A DNA stretch of 34,385 nucleotides. It comes from an uncultured Pseudomonadales bacterium. GTDB lineage: Bacteria; Patescibacteriota; Microgenomatia; UBA1400; PJMF01. A program made the position numbers and the translations under genes. The notes under the pieces were generated by a model that did not search any database, was not told where the DNA came from, and saw nothing but the letters and a program-made list of their open reading frames with translations. This document shows positions 23,807 through 31,282 of the stretch, piece after piece (the stretch's first letter is position 1; each line of letters begins with the position of its first letter). Location of the stretch: assembly GCA_964394125.1 (NCBI GenBank), contig CAYMVN010000004.1:1-34385 (forward strand). The letters run 5' to 3'.

Positions 23807-26332
23807 ATGTTACTAATTGATGCTATCGCAAATAACATAGATAAGGATGAGTATTTTTCAGAAATATTTTCTAGAGCTGAGTTGTTAAATGCAAGTCAAT
23901 TTTTAGGATTTTCAACAGATTACGAATTAACAAGAAAGGAGATTATAGATTTACTCAGAATTGCCGATATTTTTTCTAATTCCACTCAATCGAAATATAA
24001 GAACAAAGCTTACTATATTTTGGGTTTATTATCAGATCAAAACTTAACTGATGAAGTATTCCAAATCTACACTTCGGCAATATTAACTAAACTAGGCAAT
24101 TTCCCGGCTATAAAATATATTGAGAAAACTTTTAAACATAAAATGATACTGCCTCTCGACAGGTCTATTGAGAAACTCTTTAAAGAGGATTTACAAAAAA
24201 TACCTGGATCAGAACAAACATTCACTGATACACAGTATTTAATATTTAGACAGTTGATTGACTCTAAAAACTTCAGCTTTTCTGGTCCTACCTCAATGGG
24301 TAAATCATTCCTAATGATGAAGTTTATTCACTATTTAATAGAAAATAAAACGGCAAAGAAAATTGTTTTAGTTGTCCCAACTAGAGCCTTAATAAACCAA
24401 TTCTCATTAGAGATACGTAAAGAACTAAAAGAGGAAATTAAATCAAGAAAATGCCTAGTGTATAGCAATAGTCCTAGAGTAAACGATAATTCGACTCAGG
24501 CAAATGTTTTGATTCTCACTCCAGAAAGAGTATTAAGTCTATTGTCAGAAAAGATAGATTTTAATCCAGAATATGTTTTTATAGATGAAGCACATAAAAT
24601 TGCTTCTTTAGAAGATAGTAGAAGTGTTACTTACTATAAAGCAATTCAAAGGCTCTCCTCTAAGTATAGAGAAGCAAACTTTATATTTTTATCTCCAAAT
24701 GTTTCAAACCCTGGAGCCTTTGTTGATTTATATAAGTTAAATAATAGATCTGCTTACCATGCAGAACAAACTGTAGTATCTCAGAATCTATACTTTCTTG
24801 ATTTAATTGAACAAGAAACAAAGTTTTTTGGAATGAATCAATCATATTCAGTTCCATCACCTGTTAATTCATATTGCAGTGATCCTCTTGAAATAATTTC
24901 ACAACTTGGCAGCAGTCTACAAAATATTGTTTATTGCAGCACACCAACCAATGCAGTTAGTTATGCACTAACCTATTCAAGGTCGCAAAGAGTTTCAAGC
25001 AGTGAACATCTAAAAAAAGCTATTACAAAGATTAAAAAATTTGTTCATAAAGATTTTTATTTAATTGATTGTTTAGAAAGAGGCGTAGCATTCCATTACG
25101 GAAGACTTCCTCATGAGCTACGTATTGAAATTGAAGATTTATTTAAAGCTGGTCACATAAGGACAATTTTTTGTACATCAACTTTACTTGAAGGTGTAAA
25201 CTTACCTGCAAAAAATATTTTCATATTAAGTAACAGGAAAGGGAATAAACTCCTTGATCAAATTGATTTTTGGAATCTGGCTGGCCGTGCTGGAAGACTA
25301 ACAAAAGAACTATCTGGAAATATAATATGTATCCGCGAAAAAGAAAGAGATTGGAAAAATGTTGAGCATCTTGTTAAACACGATTCTTTATCTGTATCTC
25401 CAACAGTACTGAGTCAAACTGAAAAGTATCAAGATGAAATTACCAAAATTCTTTCAGGTAAAGAGTTAAAGAAAAGTATTAGTCAGGAAAAACGCAACAT
25501 TTTGGAATATATTGCAAATATCATATGTCTTGAAACACCCAGCCCCAGTGACAGCCCAATAATTACAAGTTTAAATGACGAAAAAGGAGAAAGTTTAATT
25601 GAGTTAGCTTCAGAAAGGATATCAGAAAATATTGTGCCTTTTTATATTTTGAATGTAGATCCATCCATTGCTATTGAGAAACAAAACAGAGTTTACAAAT
25701 ATATTCTAGATAATAAAGATCAATTTGATTTGAGGTTTCCATCAGAAGTTACTTATGAGTCTTGTTTGGAGATACTAAATAGATTAAATGAAATTTACCT
25801 CTGGAAAGAAAAAGATTTATCAAGCGAAGCAAGATTGACTCGAATAGCGTTTTTGATGTCCAACTGGATTCAGAGTTATCCGCTTAACTTAATTATTAAT
25901 CAATCAATTAAATATCACCATGTTAAAGGTAGAAATATCTTCTTTGAGTTTAAACTAATCCCTTTTGATAGGCTTAATAGATCTCATATAAATCATTTGA
26001 TAACTGGAATAATTGATGATATAGAGAAAGTATTGAGATTTGAACTCCAAAAGTACTTTAATAACTACTACCTAATGCTAACTGATATTTTTGGATTAGA
26101 GAATGCGGGTAGAAATTGGGGAGAATTTCTTGAATATGGAACTTCTGACACACTGATTATTGAGTTACAAAATTTAGGTCTATCAAGGCATCTATCTCAA
26201 TTTGTGGTTGATTCACATAAAGAGGTTATTCTCTATAAAGAGAACATTGTTGACTCCATTGATTTTAGCCTACTCATCACAAGGTTAGATGAAGACTCTA
26301 TTGAATATGATGAAGTTATGTTGCTGATCTAA
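23807..26332 (+). CDS. hamB: HamB-like SF2 (Ski2/Hel308-like) DEAH-box helicase
   Basis: Motif I GPTSMGKS, Ia VVPTRALINQ, II FIDEAHKI, V TSTLLEGVNLPA and VI NLAGRAGRL. HYGRLPHELRIEIEDLF is also present. A C-terminal region of about 330 aa has no recognised motifs. The ATG at 23807 lies 1 nt after the hamA-like stop. The helicase call is secure; the HamB assignment is from context. Confidence 0.7.
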   Translation: MLLIDAIANNIDKDEYFSEIFSRAELLNASQFLGFSTDYELTRKEIIDLLRIADIFSNSTQSKYKNKAYYILGLLSDQNLTDEVFQIYTSAILTKLGNFPAIKYIEKTFKHKMILPLDRSIEKLFKEDLQKIPGSEQTFTDTQYLIFRQLIDSKNFSFSGPTSMGKSFLMMKFIHYLIENKTAKKIVLVVPTRALINQFSLEIRKELKEEIKSRKCLVYSNSPRVNDNSTQANVLILTPERVLSLLSEKIDFNPEYVFIDEAHKIASLEDSRSVTYYKAIQRLSSKYREANFIFLSPNVSNPGAFVDLYKLNNRSAYHAEQTVVSQNLYFLDLIEQETKFFGMNQSYSVPSPVNSYCSDPLEIISQLGSSLQNIVYCSTPTNAVSYALTYSRSQRVSSSEHLKKAITKIKKFVHKDFYLIDCLERGVAFHYGRLPHELRIEIEDLFKAGHIRTIFCTSTLLEGVNLPAKNIFILSNRKGNKLLDQIDFWNLAGRAGRLTKELSGNIICIREKERDWKNVEHLVKHDSLSVSPTVLSQTEKYQDEITKILSGKELKKSISQEKRNILEYIANIICLETPSPSDSPIITSLNDEKGESLIELASERISENIVPFYILNVDPSIAIEKQNRVYKYILDNKDQFDLRFPSEVTYESCLEILNRLNEIYLWKEKDLSSEARLTRIAFLMSNWIQSYPLNLIINQSIKYHHVKGRNIFFEFKLIPFDRLNRSHINHLITGIIDDIEKVLRFELQKYFNNYYLMLTDIFGLENAGRNWGEFLEYGTSDTLIIELQNLGLSRHLSQFVVDSHKEVILYKENIVDSIDFSLLITRLDEDSIEYDEVMLLI

Positions 26333-26377
26333 TTTTAGCCGTTTACACTCTAGTCCGTCCATATATTATCTAAATAT

Positions 26378-26779
26378 ATGGATAAATCAATAAAAGATAT
26401 CTACAACTTACTTCAAAAAACTTTTCCTCTGACCTCACTCTTAACGACTTCAACCTCTCAGTCTATTACTTTGGGTACTAATACTATTACCTATGTGCCA
26501 CATGATGAAAATGAATACTTTTATCTTGGTGCTTTTATAGAACAAGACCATAAAGCACATACAGATATCTATAACGAGATTGTTATTCGTATCTGGAAAA
26601 ATAAAACAGCAGAGGTTTATTCCTTACGCCATGCACACCTTGGATACTATGAAGAAACATATACTAAAAAACATGGCATTGAATTTGCTAAACCTCAAGT
26701 AAGAATTGATGCTAATATGTTCTTTACTGATTGGCTTACTAACCTGCAAAAAGAGCATGGTAACTTACAACTTCGTTAA
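26378..26779 (+). CDS. Hypothetical protein (133 aa)
   Basis: ATG-initiated ORF 45 nt downstream of the helicase on the same strand, with AT-rich island codon usage. No recognisable motif. Confidence 0.5.
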   Translation: MDKSIKDIYNLLQKTFPLTSLLTTSTSQSITLGTNTITYVPHDENEYFYLGAFIEQDHKAHTDIYNEIVIRIWKNKTAEVYSLRHAHLGYYEETYTKKHGIEFAKPQVRIDANMFFTDWLTNLQKEHGNLQLR

Positions 26780-26832
26780 GCTGCTTTTGATTTATCCTCA
26801 AGTCATCTCAACCACATAAAACCGACTTTAAA

Positions 26833-26848
26833 ACCGTTATTAAACGGT
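26833..26848 (+). terminator. Weak hairpin after the 133-aa gene
   Basis: accgtt-atta-aacggt forms a 6-bp stem with a 4-nt loop, followed by attccttt. It is a poor terminator at best. Confidence 0.2.
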
Positions 26849-26951
26849 ATTCCTTTAAACAACAATCCAAGTGTTAAAATCATAATTTAGAAATTCCCTG
26901 TAGCATTTAGTATTTGCATTTTAAATTTAACTCGGTTAATCTTTCAATCAG

Positions 26952-27467
26952 ATGCGTGCAACCACGTCAATTTTTGTTAAGAACATTAAATTACATAGAC
27001 AAGGTGTATTGCTTGTTAATAACTTAGTTCCCAGAGAGATACTGAAGGTTCAGCTTGCTCCTAAGGATCATTTCGGTTGTAAATACCCCGATACTGACCT
27101 TATTATTTACAACTTAAAGTCGGGTAGCAGATATGAGGTGAGGGTTCCAACAACTGCCAGAACTGCAACTAATCCCAATTGGTTATTAAATGAAGGTAAC
27201 ATGAGCAACTCAGATCCCAACCTTTTTTATTGTTTTACACTTTTTGATAATGATCAAGAGAAGCCAAAACATAAGGTATTTGTTGTCCCAAGTCCAATAG
27301 TCGTTAGATACTTAAAATCAAATCTGGCTTTCCAGAAAGAGCAAGGCAGGCGTCCTCAAGGTCATTTTCTATCTTTTTTCCTTGGAAACAAGAATCAAAA
27401 ATACTCACCTTCATTGGAAGTATTTTTTGAAAATGATTTTGAGAATAAATGGGAACTATTCAAATAA
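26952..27467 (+). CDS. Hypothetical protein (171 aa), possibly with a restriction-endonuclease-like fold
   Basis: PDTDLIIYNLKSGSRYEVRVPT, then FYCFTLFD...KVFVVPSPIV, resembles the D-x(n)-E-x-(K/R) strand pattern of small PD-(D/E)xK proteins. However, R sits where K is expected. The 3' end overlaps or abuts the next gene. Confidence 0.45.
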   Translation: MRATTSIFVKNIKLHRQGVLLVNNLVPREILKVQLAPKDHFGCKYPDTDLIIYNLKSGSRYEVRVPTTARTATNPNWLLNEGNMSNSDPNLFYCFTLFDNDQEKPKHKVFVVPSPIVVRYLKSNLAFQKEQGRRPQGHFLSFFLGNKNQKYSPSLEVFFENDFENKWELFK

Positions 27468-28201
27468 AAATGAGATCAATACTCAACTTGATTGGCACTA
27501 TGGCAAATGACTTGATTGAACATGACTTACTGGTACATCGTGCTCTAGATCATCTGCTAGAATCTGATCATTATTTATTAGCTAATAATCTTTCCGAAAG
27601 GTCAATTACTCATAAATTGGCTGAGCATTTACAAGACCTTTTTACTGAATGGGATGTAGATTGTGAATTTAATACAAACCTCGGTGAGCCAAAAAAAATT
27701 GTTATTGATCCTGAAGAAATTCTTAGGCAAATGGCAAATAAATTAGAAGAAAATGGCTATCTCCAAAAAAGTAGATCTGAGCCGAACGAACTAAATAGAG
27801 ATGATTTCCCAGAACAAATGAGGGATTTGGAAAGGCAGTTAAGAGATCCAAGCAGGATAAGAAGATTTGAGGAATTAGATATTGTCGTATTTTTATTGAA
27901 CCTTGATAGGGAAACTGTTGTAGAAAAAACAATTTTTCCAGACGTGATAGTCCATCACAGAGGTACAAATGACAACCATATTGTGCTTGAAGCAAAAAAG
28001 ACCATAAATGTTAATAGAAAAGCTAGAGCATATGACATAATAAAACTGATGACTATGACATCTTCGCACGATTTTCACTATCGAAGAGGATATTTTATCG
28101 ATTTGCCAGTGTTGGAAAAGTTTTCCATTACTCATGGTTTCTTAGATTCACAGTTGGAATACGGAAAAGTGTATAAAATTGATCCGCTATACAGCGGATA
28201 G
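27449..28201 (+). CDS. PD-(D/E)xK nuclease-superfamily protein (243-250 aa)
   Basis: Ordered motifs: a helix with SERSITHKLAEHL (E), WDVDCEFN, FPDVIVHH (D) and HIVLEAKK (ExK). A charged insert of about 90 aa lies between them. The start is either the ATG at 27449 (a 19-nt overlap with the upstream gene) or the ATG at 27470 (3 nt after its stop). Confidence 0.55.
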   Translation: MGTIQIKMRSILNLIGTMANDLIEHDLLVHRALDHLLESDHYLLANNLSERSITHKLAEHLQDLFTEWDVDCEFNTNLGEPKKIVIDPEEILRQMANKLEENGYLQKSRSEPNELNRDDFPEQMRDLERQLRDPSRIRRFEELDIVVFLLNLDRETVVEKTIFPDVIVHHRGTNDNHIVLEAKKTINVNRKARAYDIIKLMTMTSSHDFHYRRGYFIDLPVLEKFSITHGFLDSQLEYGKVYKIDPLYSG

Positions 28202-28329
28202 ACTTTTACTAGGATTAGCTTGAAAGAAAACGTAGCAAGTTATAGGATTATTTATCTGGAAATGAGTTATTATTTCATTCCACAGATCCGACACAGTTCA
28301 CACGATACATACTCTGTTTACTAGAGCGT

Positions 28330-29142
28330 ATGCAACAACTTTCTGGTTTCCAGAGCTTTATCACCACCTGGTTTGAACAGAATGGACGGCACACGCTGCC
28401 GTGGAGAACGTCACACACACCCTACGAAGTACTTATCTCAGAACTGATGCTCCAGCAGACTCAGGTACAGCGGGTGATACCAAAGTACACGGCTTTCCTC
28501 AAGAGATTCCCTACCGTTCAGTCACTTGCAGAAGCAAAGCAAAGTGAAGTACTGCTGTATTGGCAAGGACTTGGCTACAATCGTCGCGCACAGTACGTGC
28601 ACTTGTGCGCCCAGTCAGTCTGCCAAAAGTTTGCTGGCACGTTTCCAAGAACACACGATGAGCTCATCGCATTGCCAGGAGTAGGCGAGTACACCGCAAA
28701 TGCACTCCGTGCATTTGCTTACTCAGAACCAATCACCTTAATCGAGACAAACATCCGGGCAGTCTTCCTCTATCACTTTTTTCCAGAACAAGAAAAAGTC
28801 AGTGATGCAGAACTCCTGCCACACATTGCCCGTGAGGTACTAACCGAAAACCCCCGGCTCTGGTACTCAGCCCTCATGGACTACGGCAGTTACTTAAAAC
28901 AAGTACTTCCCAATCCCAGCAGAAAAAGTAAACACCACAGCAAGCAATCTACCTTTAAAGGTTCGCTACGGCAAGTCCGTGGGGAGGTAATCAGACTGCT
29001 CCTAACACGGCCCCAGATGACAGAGCAAGAGCTACACGCTACAATGACAGCTGATACACATCATCTTACAGCGGCACTCAAGCAGCTGTGTTCTGAAAAT
29101 CTCATATACAGCTCAGAAAAAGGGTATACACTTGCATCATGA
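28330..29142 (+). CDS. HhH-GPD DNA glycosylase, MutY/Nth-like, with a short C-terminal winged-helix-like tail
   Basis: GRHTLPWRTSHTPYEVLISELMLQQTQVQRVIPKYTAFLKRFPTV...GLGYNRRA...LPGVGEYTA is collinear with the MutY N-terminal domain. There is no Cys cluster and no NUDIX-like C-domain. Confidence 0.75.
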   Translation: MQQLSGFQSFITTWFEQNGRHTLPWRTSHTPYEVLISELMLQQTQVQRVIPKYTAFLKRFPTVQSLAEAKQSEVLLYWQGLGYNRRAQYVHLCAQSVCQKFAGTFPRTHDELIALPGVGEYTANALRAFAYSEPITLIETNIRAVFLYHFFPEQEKVSDAELLPHIAREVLTENPRLWYSALMDYGSYLKQVLPNPSRKSKHHSKQSTFKGSLRQVRGEVIRLLLTRPQMTEQELHATMTADTHHLTAALKQLCSENLIYSSEKGYTLAS

Positions 29143-30074
29143 CCTCTGACATCATTACAGCACTTGGTGGAAGCTTTGATCACTTTCATGCTGGTCACAA
29201 ACACTTTTTACGCACTGCAGCAAAACTCGGAAATGAGCTGTTGATTGGTGTGACAGCACAACACCTTGTACAACACAAAAAGCTGAGCCATCTCATACAA
29301 TCATATTCTGAACGTGTGGCAGCAGTTGAGAACTTTTGTGCGGCAGAGAATATCCCGTGCACGGTAGTTGAGCTGACCGATATTTTCGGGCCGACACTCA
29401 CCAATGAAAAAATTGGTGCACTTGCATTCACAAAAGATACAAAAAAAGGTGCAGAAAAAATTGTCGAAAGTAGAAAACTGCGCGGGCTGCCAGCTCTTCG
29501 CCTACTTGAAGTTTCGCTCGTAACCGACACAACAGGGAAATATATCTCCAGTGAACGAATTCGTTCTGGTGAAGTCTCAAGATCAGGCAGAGTCTATGCT
29601 TCACTGTTTTTTACGTCACGAGCACTTTCTGAGACAGCGCGCCAACAGCTACACGCTCCGCTTGGAGAAATTGTGCAAACGATGCAGCCTAACATACCTT
29701 GTTTCTGTGTTGGAGACACCACAACTCAGACCGCACTCGAACAAAATATCCCCTACACCCTTGCACTTGTCGATTACTTGCAGCAAAGAGTACCGTCTGT
29801 ACGGCGTTGTATTGATCGCAGTAGTTTTGTAACAACATGCGTTAATCCACCCCATACTATAAGTAAAGAGTTAGTACTTTCCATAACGAAAGCGTTGCAA
29901 TTTGGAGAAAAAAACATTCTGGTTCTTGGGGAAGAAGATCTTGCCACGGTTGTCTTAGTGCTCCTCTTGCCACTCGCTTCAAGCGTGTACTATGGACAAC
30001 CAAATGTTGGGCTCGTTGAGTGTATCTGTACTGAAGAGTTGAAAGATAGGTTGTACGAACTACTATGTCTCTAG
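29139..30074 (+). CDS. Fusion of an archaeal-type phosphopantetheine adenylyltransferase (cytidylyltransferase fold) with a DUF359-type GTP-dependent dephospho-CoA kinase
   Basis: N-terminal half: GGSFDHFHAGHKHFL (HxGH), IGVT, ISSERIRSGEV. C-terminal half: APLGEIV...CVGDTTT...LALVDYLQQR...NPPHTISKE...VLGEEDLATVVLVLLLPLASSVYYGQPNVGLV, which follows the DUF359/UPF0218 pattern. Its start overlaps the upstream stop (ATGA). Confidence 0.7.
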   Translation: MTSDIITALGGSFDHFHAGHKHFLRTAAKLGNELLIGVTAQHLVQHKKLSHLIQSYSERVAAVENFCAAENIPCTVVELTDIFGPTLTNEKIGALAFTKDTKKGAEKIVESRKLRGLPALRLLEVSLVTDTTGKYISSERIRSGEVSRSGRVYASLFFTSRALSETARQQLHAPLGEIVQTMQPNIPCFCVGDTTTQTALEQNIPYTLALVDYLQQRVPSVRRCIDRSSFVTTCVNPPHTISKELVLSITKALQFGEKNILVLGEEDLATVVLVLLLPLASSVYYGQPNVGLVECICTEELKDRLYELLCL

Positions 30075-31243
30075 CTACAGCCCTCAGACCAGTCTCACTT
30101 GCTACCTACGTTGGTCAGTCACACCTCGTTGGCCCAGGAAAACCGCTCCGCACCATGTTAGAAAATGATCTGCTGTTTTCGCTCCTCTTTTGGGGCCCTC
30201 CAGGAGTAGGCAAGACAACACTTGCCCGGATTCTCGCTGAGGAAAGCTCTCGTGAGTTCTTTGAACTCTCTGCTGTTTCTGCTGGTAAAGCAGATGTAAA
30301 AGCAATCCTTGAGTCAGCAGAGCAGCACATTCAGGCAGGCAAAAAAGCGCCAGTTTTATTCCTTGATGAGATACACAGGTTTAATAAATCTCAGCAGGAC
30401 TTTCTCTTACCCTATGTAGAAAATGGAACGATTTTACTCATCGGAGCGACAACAGAAAATCCATCTTTTGAAGTCATTGCAGCGTTACTTTCTAGAACGA
30501 AAGTATTTGTTCTTAAGCAACTAGAACGAGCAGAGCTCGAAAAAATAATTGATTCAGCACAATGCTACTGGAAGAAAGAGTTAGATCTTGCAATAGCGAT
30601 TGATGAAGAAACAAGGACTTGGCTGTGCGACTACTCAGTGGGCGACGCTCGTAAGCTCCTCAATACGCTGGAGCAAACGGTTTCACTCTATAAAAAAGTA
30701 AGCGTCGAAACAGTCACAGAAACACTCCAAGCCACACTACTGAAGTACGATAAAAATGGTGAAGAACACTACGACACGATCAGCGCCTTCATTAAGTCGA
30801 TGCGAGCCAGCAACACTAATGCGGCTCTCTACTACTTAGCCCGAATGGTTGCAGCCGGTGAAGATCCTGTTTTTATCGCACGAAGGATGGTTATTTTTGC
30901 CAGTGAGGATGTCGGTCTTGCAGCACCGACGGCACTGGTAGTTGCGAATGCGGTTTTTGAAGCAGTTAAGAACATTGGGTATCCAGAAGCGCAGATAAAC
31001 TTAGCGCATGGTGTTGCATATCTGGCTACCTGTAAAAAAGATCGCTCAGCACACGATGCATACTTTCTTGCGCTGCAAGATGTCGAACGCTTTGGCAATC
31101 TTCCCATTCCGCTTGAAATACGCAACGCACCTACCAAACTGCTTAAAGAGCTCTCCTACGGGAAAGGGTACTCCATGTATCCAGAAAAAGAGCACTCACT
31201 CTTACCGCAAAAACTGCAAAAGAAGTCGTACTTAAAAAAGTAA
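30065..31243 (+). CDS. rarA: Replication-associated recombination protein A (AAA+ ATPase RarA/MgsA)
   Basis: FWGPPGVGKTTLARILA (Walker A), VLFLDEIHRFNKSQQD, GATTENPSFEV, and the MgsA C-domain (HYDTISAFIKSMRASNTNAALYYLARM...GEDP.FIARRM). Confidence 0.92.
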   Translation: MSLATALRPVSLATYVGQSHLVGPGKPLRTMLENDLLFSLLFWGPPGVGKTTLARILAEESSREFFELSAVSAGKADVKAILESAEQHIQAGKKAPVLFLDEIHRFNKSQQDFLLPYVENGTILLIGATTENPSFEVIAALLSRTKVFVLKQLERAELEKIIDSAQCYWKKELDLAIAIDEETRTWLCDYSVGDARKLLNTLEQTVSLYKKVSVETVTETLQATLLKYDKNGEEHYDTISAFIKSMRASNTNAALYYLARMVAAGEDPVFIARRMVIFASEDVGLAAPTALVVANAVFEAVKNIGYPEAQINLAHGVAYLATCKKDRSAHDAYFLALQDVERFGNLPIPLEIRNAPTKLLKELSYGKGYSMYPEKEHSLLPQKLQKKSYLKK

Positions 31244-31282
31244 GCTACACGTTGTGCAAGGTTGCAGAGGCATACTTGTAGA

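Larger units (their letters stand above)
17203..28300. mobile_element. AT-rich integrative element / genomic island of about 11.1 kb at tRNA-Pro, with a serine-recombinase backbone and defence-type cargo
   Basis: The composition changes abruptly at both edges. A large serine recombinase abuts the tRNA. The island also carries a RepA-like ATPase and a regulator, and no virion genes. A short inverted motif occurs near both ends (17210-17223 and 28288-28299). Boundaries are approximate, within about 10 nt. Confidence 0.65.

Noticed and set aside
17203-28300. Interpreting the island as a complete prophage.
   Set aside because: It has no terminase, portal, capsid, tail or lysis genes, and it is only about 11 kb. 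An integrative element or satellite-like island with cargo fits better.
28202-28329. A duplicated 3' fragment of tRNA-Pro, the classic attR direct repeat of tRNA-targeting tyrosine integrases, at the right island end.
   Set aside because: Visual comparison with ggtcgcaggttcgagtcctgtctccccga found no tRNA-like segment. The element has a serine recombinase, which needs only a tiny core, so no long direct repeat is expected.
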